The notes: generated by a model from the letters alone, not told the origin. A stretch of 64,000 nucleotides of DNA from Bacteroidaceae bacterium (GCA_963668535.1 OY764867.1:839111-903110); one strand, 5' to 3'; positions 15,930-25,448 are shown, numbered from the stretch's first letter. A program made the numbers and translations.

Positions 15930-17948
15930 ATGAAAAAATGTCTATATACTGCAGCTCTGGGATTTTCCCTGAGCTGCTTGACTTTATCTACAGCTCGAGC
16001 CGATGAAGGCATGTATATGCTCACAGATCTGGCACAGCAAAATGCTGCTGCCATGCAGAATTTGGGTCTCGACTTAGAAATTGAGGATGTGTTTAGCCCA
16101 TCAAACATCTCCCTCAAAGATGCCATCGTGCATTTTGGAGGTGGGTGTACGGCAGAAGTCATCAGTCCAGAGGGACTACTATTGACTAATCATCACTGTG
16201 GATATAGCTCTATTCAAAGTCATTCTACAGTTGAGCATGATTATCTAACCGATGGTTTTTGGGCAAAAACACGTGAAGACGAGTTGCCATGCCCAGGATT
16301 GACGATCTCGTATATCGATAAGATTCTAGACGTCACAGAGTATACCAACAAAGCTATAGCCAAAAGCAAAGACCCAGATGGCACAAATTATCTGTCGCCA
16401 TCCTTTCTAACAACTGTTGCCAAAGACTATGCAAAACATCATAAGATCAAGGTTACCAAGTACACCGAATTGGAACTGAAACCGTTTTACGGGAGCAACA
16501 AATACTATCTATTTGTCAAGACAGTGTACAAAGATATCCGCATGGTTGGTGCTCCTCCAAGCAGTATTGGTAAATTTGGAGCCGACACTGACAACTGGAT
16601 GTGGCCACGCCATACGGGCGACTTCTCGATGTTTCGTATCTATGCCGCTCCCGATGGTAGTCCTGCTGAATATGCCCCAACTAACCTACCGCTACATGTC
16701 AAGAAGTATTTGACGATCAATATCGGTGGAGTGCAGGAAGGTGACTATGCTATGATTATGGGATTTCCAGGTAGAAACTGGCGATACATGATTTCACCAG
16801 AAGTACGTGAACGCATGGAAACAGCCAACTATATGCGTCACTACGTACGCGAAGCTCGTCAAGATATTCTCATGAAAGAGATGAAAAAAGACCCAGCAGT
16901 ACGTATATACTACGCAAGTAAGTACGCCTCATCAGCCAATTACTGGAAAAATGCAATTGGTATGAATGAAGGGTTGACACGTCTAGGTATCTTCCCTATC
17001 AAAAAGGCACAGGCTGACGCCTTATTGGCTTATGGTCGTGAGCAAGGAACGAACAAATACCAGATTGCCTACGATACAATTGCCTCTATTGTCAAAAAGC
17101 GTTTTTCTTCTCAATGGCATAGCTATGCCTTGTACGAATGCTTAATACGCAGCCTAGATTTCATGCAGTACGCACCAGATAAAGTGGCTTATCCAGCGAT
17201 TGAAAAACGGGTATGCAAAAAGATGCTAGAGATGTATATGGGATATATCCCACAAGAACAACGTATCAGCATCTTCTCCTTAATCCAAGCAAAGTACTCA
17301 AACGATCTTGATGCTTTTGTAGAAGCTCTATTCAAGGATGAAACGTTAAAAGAACAATTTAAGGAGTCGGTCAAACAAGGCAGAAAAGCGCTTATTGAGC
17401 AAAGCAAAACACTCGATAATGCTTTCAACCACGCACATAAAACGTGGGTAGCTGGTATCGTCGAATTGCGCAAGAAAGAAGGTTTGCCTATTTATCCAAA
17501 CGCCAATGGCACATTGCGCCTTACCTATGGACAAATAAAAGGATACAGTCCACGTGATGGCATTGAGTACCTACCATTTACCACACTAGAAGGGGTTATG
17601 CAAAAAGAGGATAATACGGAAGAATTTACTGTACCTGCCTATCTTAAGCAATTGTATGCGCAAAAAGACTATGGACAGTATGCTCGTAAAGACGGCAAAA
17701 TGCCTGTCGCATTTATCAGTAATTTAGATACGACCGGCGGTAATAGTGGTAGTCCTGTATTGAATAGCAAAGGTGAACTTATAGGGTTGAACTTTGATCG
17801 CAACTACGAAGGTCTATCAGGCGATATTGCTTACAAACCCAATACACAACGCAGTATCGCTGCTGATATTCGTTATGTATTATTCGTGATCGACAAGTAT
17901 GCTCATGCACAACGATTGATTGACGAAATGACTATTGTACAAGAGTAA
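15930..17948 (+). CDS. dpp11: S46 dipeptidyl-peptidase, DPP11-type (Arg at the S1 specificity position)
   Basis: ADEGMYM, LTNHHCG, GGNSGSPV and NFDRNYEGLSGD. It starts 4 nt after the upstream stop. Confidence 0.9.
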   Translation: MKKCLYTAALGFSLSCLTLSTARADEGMYMLTDLAQQNAAAMQNLGLDLEIEDVFSPSNISLKDAIVHFGGGCTAEVISPEGLLLTNHHCGYSSIQSHSTVEHDYLTDGFWAKTREDELPCPGLTISYIDKILDVTEYTNKAIAKSKDPDGTNYLSPSFLTTVAKDYAKHHKIKVTKYTELELKPFYGSNKYYLFVKTVYKDIRMVGAPPSSIGKFGADTDNWMWPRHTGDFSMFRIYAAPDGSPAEYAPTNLPLHVKKYLTINIGGVQEGDYAMIMGFPGRNWRYMISPEVRERMETANYMRHYVREARQDILMKEMKKDPAVRIYYASKYASSANYWKNAIGMNEGLTRLGIFPIKKAQADALLAYGREQGTNKYQIAYDTIASIVKKRFSSQWHSYALYECLIRSLDFMQYAPDKVAYPAIEKRVCKKMLEMYMGYIPQEQRISIFSLIQAKYSNDLDAFVEALFKDETLKEQFKESVKQGRKALIEQSKTLDNAFNHAHKTWVAGIVELRKKEGLPIYPNANGTLRLTYGQIKGYSPRDGIEYLPFTTLEGVMQKEDNTEEFTVPAYLKQLYAQKDYGQYARKDGKMPVAFISNLDTTGGNSGSPVLNSKGELIGLNFDRNYEGLSGDIAYKPNTQRSIAADIRYVLFVIDKYAHAQRLIDEMTIVQE

Positions 17949-17976
17949 ACAGTCTACACAGACATGATACTATAGA

Positions 17977-18012
17977 AAGGAGAATGTTACATACTGGCAT
18001 TCTCCTTTTCTT
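17977..18012 (+). terminator. intrinsic terminator after the DPP pair
   Basis: 10-bp stem AAGGAGAATG / CATTCTCCTT followed by TTTC. Confidence 0.65.
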
Positions 18013-18128
18013 ATATACACAATCAAGGCCAGATTACTTTGAGAGCGATTGCCTATACATGAGTAGTAATACCTACTATATATGATAAGTAGATTGACAT
18101 GCTAGGATTAGCCCCATGCGCTCTTTAC

Positions 18129-18166
18129 TAAAAAACTCATGGCGTGCCTTAACGACACGCCATGAG
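18129..18166 (-). terminator. intrinsic terminator of glmS
   Basis: Stem CTCATGGCGTG / CACGCCATGAG. On the minus strand it is followed by TTTTTT. Confidence 0.75.
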
Positions 18167-18198
18167 CATATATATATTATCAAAAAAAGGCTGTATTC

Positions 18199-20043
18199 CT
18201 ATTCTACAGTTACAGACTTGGCTAAGTTACGAGGTTGATCCACATCCTTACCTTTGCATACAGCTATATGGTAGGCCAACATTTGCAACGGAATGGTCGT
18301 AATCAATGGGTCAAGACACTCCAAAGTCTTAGGTAGTTCAATATACTCGTCTACAATATTCTTAATCACTTCATCGCCTTCAGAGATAATCGCAATGACA
18401 CGACCTTTACGTGCTTTGATTTCTTGAATATTGCTCACCACTTTCTCATACATTCCATTGTTGGTAGCGACCACGACAACTGGCATCTCGGTATCAATCA
18501 AAGCAATAGGACCATGCTTCATCTCAGCTGCTGGATACCCTTCCGCATGAATATAACTGATTTCTTTGAGTTTTAAGGCCCCTTCTAGAGCTACCGGGTA
18601 ACTATATCCGCGTCCCAAATAGATGAAATTATGTGCGTAAGTAAAGACACGAGCCATCTTTTCGATTCGGTCATTCAACTTTAGAATCTCCTTCATCTTA
18701 GTAGGAATCGTATACAAAGATTTTGTAATTTCCGCATATCTATCTTCTGCAAGCGTACCTCGCTTGCGTCCCAGTGTCAAAGCCAATAAAGTCAACACAG
18801 TTACCTGACCTGTAAAAGCTTTTGTAGAAGCCACTCCAATCTCAGGACCTACGTGAATATAACTACCAGTATGGGTGGCACGAGGTATTGATGAACCAAT
18901 CGCGTTGCAAATACCGTAGATAAAGGCCCCTCGACTTTTAGCGAGTTCTACAGCAGCTAGGGTATCGGCAGTTTCTCCTGATTGAGAAATAGCAATCACC
19001 ACATCGTCGTCACCTATCACCGGGTTACTATATCGAAACTCTGAAGCATATTCAACCATGACTGGTATACGGCAGAATTCCTCGATCAGCTGCTTGCCGA
19101 TAAGTGCCGCATGCCAAGAGGTTCCACAAGCCACAATCACAATGCGTGAAGCTTTAATCAATTTTTGTTCATGATCGTTTACAGCAGATAGCGTCACTTG
19201 ATCATGAGTCGCATTGATACGACCACGCATACAATCCTCAATAGACTGAGGTTGTTCAAAGATCTCTTTCAACATAAAGTGAGGATACCCTCCCTTTTCT
19301 ATCTGTCCGATATTAAGTTCTACGTGGGTTTCTTCAGGAGCGATCTCTTGATTATGAAGACTCACAATACGCAATTCTTCATCGGGATTAATAACAGCGA
19401 TTTCTTCATCATCAAGATAAACCACACGATCTGTGTACTCAACAATGGGCGTGGCATCACTAGCTAAGAAATATTCCTTCTTGCCTATACCTATCACAAG
19501 TGGGCTACTCTTACGAGCAGCAATAATGCGATTTGGATGATCTTTATCTAATATGGCTATGGCATATGCACCAATCACTTTGCGAAGCGCTATTTGAACA
19601 GCACGTACTAAATCGCACTTCTTTTTATCTTGTACGTAGGCTATAAATTGTACCAAGACTTCGGTATCTGTACCTGATTGAAAAGAATAACCTTCTTGAA
19701 TCAAGCCTTCTTTCAAACCCGCATAATTTTCAATAATGCCGTTATGGATAATAGCTAATCTATCGTGCTCGGAGCAATGAGGATGCGCATTAATCTGAGA
19801 TGGTTCACCGTGGGTAGCCCATCTTGTGTGAGCAATACCAACTACACCTGAGACATCCTTCTGAGAGGCCAGCAATTCGAGTTCCGACACCTTACCTTTG
19901 GCCTTGTACACATTCAACTGACCACTATCGCTCTGCAATGCAACTCCTGCACTATCGTAACCACGATATTCAAGTCGTTTCAATCCTTTTATTAAAACTG
20001 GATATGCATCACGATATCCAATATATCCTACAATACCACACAT
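18199..20043 (-). CDS. glmS: glutamine--fructose-6-phosphate aminotransferase
   Basis: MCGIVGYIG N-terminal nucleophile and SIS domains, ending ...LAKSVTVE. The ATG at 20043 is preferred over the ORF-track start at 20094. Confidence 0.97.
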   Translation of the reverse strand: MCGIVGYIGYRDAYPVLIKGLKRLEYRGYDSAGVALQSDSGQLNVYKAKGKVSELELLASQKDVSGVVGIAHTRWATHGEPSQINAHPHCSEHDRLAIIHNGIIENYAGLKEGLIQEGYSFQSGTDTEVLVQFIAYVQDKKKCDLVRAVQIALRKVIGAYAIAILDKDHPNRIIAARKSSPLVIGIGKKEYFLASDATPIVEYTDRVVYLDDEEIAVINPDEELRIVSLHNQEIAPEETHVELNIGQIEKGGYPHFMLKEIFEQPQSIEDCMRGRINATHDQVTLSAVNDHEQKLIKASRIVIVACGTSWHAALIGKQLIEEFCRIPVMVEYASEFRYSNPVIGDDDVVIAISQSGETADTLAAVELAKSRGAFIYGICNAIGSSIPRATHTGSYIHVGPEIGVASTKAFTGQVTVLTLLALTLGRKRGTLAEDRYAEITKSLYTIPTKMKEILKLNDRIEKMARVFTYAHNFIYLGRGYSYPVALEGALKLKEISYIHAEGYPAAEMKHGPIALIDTEMPVVVVATNNGMYEKVVSNIQEIKARKGRVIAIISEGDEVIKNIVDEYIELPKTLECLDPLITTIPLQMLAYHIAVCKGKDVDQPRNLAKSVTVE

Positions 20044-20116
20044 ATATTTTATTCCTTCCTCAATTATAAAATGTGTCTCGCACAAATAGTGCACACGACA
20101 TAATTATCAATATATT

Positions 20117-21181
20117 TTATCGACCACTGTACATCTCATTGTAATACTTCTGATAGTCACCATTGACAATGCGCTCCATCCATTCTTCATTCTCTAGATA
20201 CCAAGCGACCGTCTTTTCAATGCCTTCTTCAAATTGCAGACTGGGTGCCCAGCCTAATTCATTTTTCAATTTATTACTATCGATCGCATAACGTAAGTCA
20301 TGTCCAGCACGATCAGTCACGTAAGTAATCAGTTTTTCGGAAGTGCCTTCTTCACGCCCCAAAGCCTTGTCAACGGCTTTTATAATCACTTGTATCAAAT
20401 CGATATTGCGCCATTCATTAAAGCCACCAATATTATAGGTATCATTCAACTGACCTTTATGAAAAATCAAATCAATAGCTCGTGCATGGTCGACCACATA
20501 CAACCAATCGCGCACATTTTCACCTTTACCATACACTGGAAGTGGCTTATTTTTACGGATATTGTTGATAAACAGTGGAATCAATTTTTCGGGAAACTGA
20601 TTGGGCCCATAGTTATTGGAACAGTTCGTAACCAACGTAGGCAAACCATATGTATCGTGATAAGCCCGTACAAAATGGTCGCTACTAGCTTTACTGGCTG
20701 AATATGGAGAATGTGGATCATATGCTGTCTCTTCGGTAAAGAAAGTACCATCCTTCTGCAGAGTACCATAGACTTCATCTGTAGAGATATGATAGAAACG
20801 TTTTCCGTCCATCTGATCACCCCAATAATTCTTAGCTGTTTGAAGTAAAACTAAAGTGCCCATTACATTGGTACGAGCAAAGGCGAAGGGATCTTTGATA
20901 CTTCTATCTACGTGACTCTCAGCAGCCAAATGAATAACGCCATCAATCTGATAATCGGCAAAGACTTTTTGAATAGCTTGCTCATCACAAATATCTGCTT
21001 TGACAAATTCATAATTGGGAGCATCTTGCACATCTATAAGATTCTCTAGATTACCAGCATATGTGAGTTTATCTAAGTTGATGATGCGATATTCAGGATA
21101 CTTTTTTACAAAAAGTTTCACCACGTGGCAACCGATAAAACCAGCTCCACCAGTTATCAAGATATTTCTCGTATAGTTCAT
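20117..21181 (-). CDS. rfbB: dTDP-glucose 4,6-dehydratase
   Basis: ILITGGAGFIG, YSASKASSD and NNYGPNQFPEKLIP motifs. Confidence 0.93.
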   Translation of the reverse strand: MNYTRNILITGGAGFIGCHVVKLFVKKYPEYRIINLDKLTYAGNLENLIDVQDAPNYEFVKADICDEQAIQKVFADYQIDGVIHLAAESHVDRSIKDPFAFARTNVMGTLVLLQTAKNYWGDQMDGKRFYHISTDEVYGTLQKDGTFFTEETAYDPHSPYSASKASSDHFVRAYHDTYGLPTLVTNCSNNYGPNQFPEKLIPLFINNIRKNKPLPVYGKGENVRDWLYVVDHARAIDLIFHKGQLNDTYNIGGFNEWRNIDLIQVIIKAVDKALGREEGTSEKLITYVTDRAGHDLRYAIDSNKLKNELGWAPSLQFEEGIEKTVAWYLENEEWMERIVNGDYQKYYNEMYSGR

Positions 21182-21207
21182 ACTGCTTATTTAAGAATTA
21201 TTTCCGA

Positions 21208-21215
21208 CAAAGATA
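21208..21215 (-). promoter_or_regulatory. -7 box TATCTTTG (minus strand)
   Basis: 27 nt upstream of rfbB. The rfbB-glmS gap contains no box, so the two genes are probably an operon. Confidence 0.45.
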
Positions 21216-21251
21216 ACAAAAATATCGGCATAGGCTATACTAGACAGACAT

Positions 21252-21288
21252 AAAAAGGTGCGTCAAAACCTATTGGCTTTGACGCACC
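21252..21288 (-). terminator. intrinsic terminator of mdh
   Basis: 11-bp stem GGTGCGTCAAA / TTTGACGCACC. On the minus strand it is followed by TTTTTA. Confidence 0.75.
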
Positions 21289-21322
21289 CCCAGTACAATA
21301 TTTTCTTTAAAAAAGTAGAGGA

Positions 21323-22264
21323 TTAAAGAGCACCTACTTCTTTAAGAGCAGCATTTGTCTTACGAACTGCAGCAGCAGACGCTTCGAACTTAGCTTTTTC
21401 TTCTTCGTTCAATGGAAGTTCTACAACCTTTTCAACACCATTGCGACCAAGGATAACTGGTACACCGATACAAATATCTTCCTGACCATATTCACCTTCT
21501 AGCAATACTGAACAAGGGATCATCTTCTTTTGGTTGTGAAGGATAGATTCAACAACTTGTGATGCAGCAGCACCTGGAGCATACCATGCAGAAGTACCCA
21601 AAAGCTTAGTAAGAGTAGCACCACCTACCATAGTATCTGCAGCAACTTGTTCTAGACGATCTGCTGACAAGAATTCAGAGACAGCAACTCCTTTGTATGT
21701 AGCAAGACGAGTCAATGGAATCATTGTAGTATCACCATGACCACCGATAACCATACCTTCTACTTCGTTGGCATTGCAACCTAGAGCTTCAGTAAGACGA
21801 TATTTAAAACGTGAGCTATCAAGAGCACCACCCATACCAATGATACGATTCTTTGGAAGACCTAGAGTCTTAAGAGAAAGGTAAGTCATAGTATCCATTG
21901 GATTAGATACAACAACCAAAATAGTATTTGGAGAATACTTAAGAATGTTTTCAGCTACTGACTTCACGATACCGGCATTCACACCGATAAGCTCTTCACG
22001 AGTCATACCTGGCTTACGTGGAAGACCAGAAGTAATAACCACAACATCTGAATCAGCAGTTGCTGCGTAATCGTTAGTTACACCTGATAGCACTGAATCA
22101 AAACCTAGAAGCTGTGCAGTTTGCATAATATCCATGGCCTTACCTTCAGATACTCCTTCTTTGATATCAAGCAAGATTACTTCATCTGCTACTTCTTTAA
22201 AAGCTAGTACATTGGCACATGTAGCACCTACGTTACCAGCACCTACTACGGTTACTTTAGACAT
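21323..22264 (-). CDS. mdh: malate dehydrogenase (LDH-like family)
   Basis: MSKVTVVGAGNVGATCA and ...GGHGDTMIPL-type motifs. 313 aa. Confidence 0.93.
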   Translation of the reverse strand: MSKVTVVGAGNVGATCANVLAFKEVADEVILLDIKEGVSEGKAMDIMQTAQLLGFDSVLSGVTNDYAATADSDVVVITSGLPRKPGMTREELIGVNAGIVKSVAENILKYSPNTILVVVSNPMDTMTYLSLKTLGLPKNRIIGMGGALDSSRFKYRLTEALGCNANEVEGMVIGGHGDTTMIPLTRLATYKGVAVSEFLSADRLEQVAADTMVGGATLTKLLGTSAWYAPGAAASQVVESILHNQKKMIPCSVLLEGEYGQEDICIGVPVILGRNGVEKVVELPLNEEEKAKFEASAAAVRKTNAALKEVGAL

Positions 22265-22308
22265 AATTATTAGTTATTAAAAAAATGAATAATCAATTTT
22301 GTTTATGG

Positions 22309-22316
22309 CAAAAATA
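22309..22316 (-). promoter_or_regulatory. -7 box TATTTTTG (minus strand)
   Basis: 45 nt upstream of mdh. Confidence 0.45.
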
Positions 22317-22380
22317 CAGCCTTTATTTCAATTGCGGAAATTTTTCCATAATAAATTTCGTTAAGCAATTCACTATTATA

Positions 22381-22410
22381 CAAAAAGGGCTAACCTTCTC
22401 GGTCAGCCCC
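22381..22410 (-). terminator. hairpin terminator (minus strand), 188 nt downstream of the trx stop
   Basis: Stem GGGCTAACC / GGTCAGCCC (one mismatch). On the minus strand it is followed by TTTTTG. Confidence 0.55.
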
Positions 22411-22596
22411 CTTCTTTTTCTTCCAAATATTTCACATTACTAACCGTGTTTTCTCCATAGATGCATAGTGTTTTTTATCTTCCACACGTTTTATTAAAAA
22501 CGAGAGCAGAGCTAGTAAGCAAATATCTGTAGAATCAACTCAACAAATAAATCAAATCATTTTCTAGTACCAATCAAATAGTATCGTGATCCTATA

Positions 22597-22956
22597 TTAT
22601 TTTAATAATACCCCATTGATTGCTTCTCGAAGCTGGCTTTTCTGCATCAATCCCTGTGCCATTTGCGGTTGCCCGCTCATAGGAACAAACAAAAGACTTG
22701 GAATGCTGCGGATGCCGAATGAAGCTGCCAATACTTGTTCTGCTTCTGTATCCACTTTAAATATATCTATTTTACCATCAAATTCTTGCGCAATATCTTC
22801 TAGAATTGGAGACAATGCCTTACATGGTCCACACCAACTGGCGTAGAAATCGATAATTGCAGGTTTGTCACCTAGGAACTTAAACTCTTGAGGGTTCTTT
22901 TCCAAATCAGCTACTTGTTTGTAAAACTCTTCTGTGGTTAAATGTTTAACTGCCAT
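22597..22956 (-). CDS. trxA: thioredoxin
   Basis: 119 aa with FYASWCGPCKALSP. Confidence 0.92.
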   Translation of the reverse strand: MAVKHLTTEEFYKQVADLEKNPQEFKFLGDKPAIIDFYASWCGPCKALSPILEDIAQEFDGKIDIFKVDTEAEQVLAASFGIRSIPSLLFVPMSGQPQMAQGLMQKSQLREAINGVLLK

Positions 22957-23019
22957 AATCTTATATCTTTATATATATACTTCTAGTTTCTCTGTGTGAT
23001 TTATTCCTTGATCACACCA

Positions 23020-23027
23020 CAAATATA
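23020..23027 (-). promoter_or_regulatory. -7 box TATATTTG (minus strand) for trx
   Basis: 64 nt upstream of the trx ATG and divergent from the oxyR promoter. Confidence 0.45.
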
Positions 23028-23062
23028 CGAGGCTTTTTTGATCCTTGCAAACAGATTTTTTC

Positions 23063-23070
23063 TATCTTTG
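23063..23070 (+). promoter_or_regulatory. -7 box TATCTTTG for oxyR
   Basis: 87 nt upstream of the oxyR ATG. Confidence 0.45.
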
Positions 23071-23071
23071 C

Positions 23072-23118
23072 ATAGATAAAACCTATAAGAGCATGGAAAC
23101 TGTATAGTTTACAGCTAT
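23072..23118. promoter_or_regulatory. pair of OxyR-consensus boxes ATAGnTnnnAnCTAT
   Basis: ATAGATAAAACCTAT at 23072-23086 and ATAGTTTACAGCTAT at 23104-23118. Both match every fixed position of the consensus. The spacer is 17 bp. Confidence 0.6.
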
Positions 23119-23156
23119 TTTTGAATGAGTACAAATAGGACTAACATACTAAAAAA

Positions 23157-24086
23157 ATGAACTTACAACAATTGCAGTACATCGTGGCTGCCAATAAAAC
23201 AAGACACTTCGTCAAAGCAGCTCAGTCCTGCGGGGTGTCTCAACCAACTCTCAGTGCGATGATTCAGAAGCTGGAAGCCGAGTTGGATGTCAAAATTTTC
23301 AATCGAGATAAAAATCCTATTGAGCCTACAGAAATTGGTGCCAAAATCATCTTGCAAGCTGAAACTTGCTTGAATGATGTAAAACGTATTGAGGAAGTCA
23401 TTCTATCAGAAATGCAAGCACTGGAAGGGCGTCTTAGCTTAGGTATACTGCCATCTATAGCACCATACGTTGTCCCTGATTTTATCCCCAAATTTCAAAC
23501 AAAAAACCAAGCTGTAGATCTTACAATTTCAGAAATGACTTCTCAAAATTTGGTACAACATCTATTGAAGGCCGATCTAGACATGGCTATCATGACCACT
23601 CCACTAAACCAGCCTGACTTACTTGAGATACCATTATATAAGGAACGTTTCCTAGCTTATTTTGGATCTTCTTGCCCTTGTACCTACGATGTTGAATCGG
23701 TTTCTCCTGATAATATGCCTAATGCTAAATTATGGGTTTTGCTGGAAGGTAACTGTCCACGTTCTGACGTGTTTAATTTCTGTCACTTGCGCTCGTTGGG
23801 TGAAACGACCTATCAAGCTGGAAGCACAGAAACTTTAATACATATTGTGGATAACAACGGCGGGTTTACGGTTATTCCTCAACTACACACACATTATTTG
23901 TCGGAAGAGAAGATGAAACAAGTACGACCTTTTGATGCGCCTGATGCTAAACGAGAGATTTCACTAGTCATCCGCAAAGATTATCTAAAAGAAAATATGC
24001 TCAATGCGGTGGTAGATGTTATCAAAGAAATCATTCCTGAAGACTTACTCGAAAAGAAGATCAAGGATTTTAGAGTACGCTTGTAA
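23157..24086 (+). CDS. oxyR: LysR-family peroxide-sensing regulator OxyR
   Basis: N-terminal HTH LQQLQYIVAANKTRHFVKAAQSCGVSQPTLS. The redox pair LLEGNCPRSDVFNFC has the C-X8-C spacing of E. coli C199/C208. Confidence 0.85.
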   Translation: MNLQQLQYIVAANKTRHFVKAAQSCGVSQPTLSAMIQKLEAELDVKIFNRDKNPIEPTEIGAKIILQAETCLNDVKRIEEVILSEMQALEGRLSLGILPSIAPYVVPDFIPKFQTKNQAVDLTISEMTSQNLVQHLLKADLDMAIMTTPLNQPDLLEIPLYKERFLAYFGSSCPCTYDVESVSPDNMPNAKLWVLLEGNCPRSDVFNFCHLRSLGETTYQAGSTETLIHIVDNNGGFTVIPQLHTHYLSEEKMKQVRPFDAPDAKREISLVIRKDYLKENMLNAVVDVIKEIIPEDLLEKKIKDFRVRL

Positions 24087-24098
24087 TTACATATACAT

Positions 24099-24326
24099 AT
24101 GAAAGAAAAAGAAAATACCTCCGTGAATCAGCTCAGTTATAATGAAGCTATAGTACGTCTTGAAGAGATTGTACAACTGCTCAACAAGCCAGAATTGGAA
24201 ATTGACAAGCTCTCTAGTCTGGTCAAGGAAGCCAATATACTGATTTCTCTCTGCAAACAAAAACTGACTGAGACAGACAAGGAAGTCGAAAAATTATGGG
24301 CTGACAGAAGCTCAGAAGTCGAATAA
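24099..24326 (+). CDS. xseB: exodeoxyribonuclease VII small subunit
   Basis: 75 aa. YNEAIVRLEEIVQLLN...LSSLVKEANILISLCKQKL is typical of XseB. Confidence 0.85.
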   Translation: MKEKENTSVNQLSYNEAIVRLEEIVQLLNKPELEIDKLSSLVKEANILISLCKQKLTETDKEVEKLWADRSSEVE

Positions 24327-24332
24327 AATAAC

Positions 24333-24340
24333 TACCTTTG
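24333..24340 (+). promoter_or_regulatory. -7 box TACCTTTG
   Basis: 40 nt upstream of ilvE. Confidence 0.4.
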
Positions 24341-24379
24341 TCGGGAAAATACTAAACCTAAAAAAATACTTAGTAGCAT

Positions 24380-25399
24380 ATGAAAGAAATTGATTGGGCC
24401 AATTTATCATTTGGATATATGCCTACAGATTATAACGTGAGAATCAACTACCGTAATGGTCAGTGGGGAGAACTAGAAATTAGCAGCTCCGATCGAATCA
24501 ATATGCATATGGCAGCTACCTGTTTGCACTATGGGCAAGAATGTTTTGAAGGCATGAAGGCGTACAGAGGCAAAGATGGGCAAATTCGTCTTTTCCGTGC
24601 GACGGATAATGCTGAACGCATGCAGGACACTTGTCGAGGTCTGCTAATGCCAGAACTTCCAACAGATCGTTTTGTTGAAGCGATCAAGAAAGTCGTGCAA
24701 CTAAATGAACGCTTTATTCCTCCTTACGAGACTGGAGCAACATTATATATACGTCCATTGCTTATTGGCACAGGAGTACAAGTAGGCGTGCGCCCTGCTG
24801 ATGAATACTTATTTGTTGTGTTTGTGACTCCAGTAGGGCCATATTTCAAGGGAGGATTCTCAACAAACCCATACGTCATCACACGTGAGTATGATCGTGC
24901 AGCTCCAAAAGGAACTGGATGTTTCAAAGTGGGCGGTAACTACGCAGCATCATTGCGTGCTAGCAAATGGGCACACGATCAAGGATATGCAGCCGAATTT
25001 TATTTGGATGCACGTGAGAAAAAATACATTGATGAATGTGGGGCTGCCAATTTCTTTGGTATCAAAGACAATACATATGTCACTCCCAAATCAGAATCCA
25101 TCCTACCATCTATAACTAACCGCAGTCTTATGACTATTGCAGAAGACTTAGGTATTAAGGTAGAACGTCGACCAATTCTTGAAGAAGAGTTGTCTACATT
25201 CGAAGAAGCAGGAGCTTGTGGCACTGCAGCTGTAATCAGCCCAATATCACGCATAGATGACCCTGAAAAAGATGTAGAGTATATCTTCTCTGAAGACGGT
25301 AAACCAGGTCCTATCAGTGAAAAATTATACCATACGCTTCGTGCTATTCAGTATGGTGATGCACCTGATACACATGGTTGGGTGACTATTGTTGAGTAA
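24380..25399 (+). CDS. ilvE: branched-chain amino acid aminotransferase
   Basis: 339 aa of class IV aminotransferase type. ECFEGMKAYR, YIRPLLIG and GNYAASL motifs. Confidence 0.92.
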   Translation: MKEIDWANLSFGYMPTDYNVRINYRNGQWGELEISSSDRINMHMAATCLHYGQECFEGMKAYRGKDGQIRLFRATDNAERMQDTCRGLLMPELPTDRFVEAIKKVVQLNERFIPPYETGATLYIRPLLIGTGVQVGVRPADEYLFVVFVTPVGPYFKGGFSTNPYVITREYDRAAPKGTGCFKVGGNYAASLRASKWAHDQGYAAEFYLDAREKKYIDECGAANFFGIKDNTYVTPKSESILPSITNRSLMTIAEDLGIKVERRPILEEELSTFEEAGACGTAAVISPISRIDDPEKDVEYIFSEDGKPGPISEKLYHTLRAIQYGDAPDTHGWVTIVE

Positions 25400-25448
25400 T
25401 CAACGTGCAATAGCAAAAATGTACAATCAGTATAATTAAATTTTAAAA

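Noticed and set aside
20044-20116. A possible glmS ribozyme or leader upstream of glmS.
   Set aside because: Only 73 nt separate rfbB from glmS. There is no conserved ribozyme-like structure, and the glmS ribozyme is a Gram-positive feature. The two genes are more likely a simple operon.
20300-20701. 133-aa antisense ORF within rfbB. The same class includes 26522-26896 in mrp, 39548-39985 in pnp, 46194-46565 and 47741-48169 in the FtsX genes, and 49606-50001 in TolC.
   Set aside because: All are shadow ORFs inside genes with clear family signatures on the other frame or strand.
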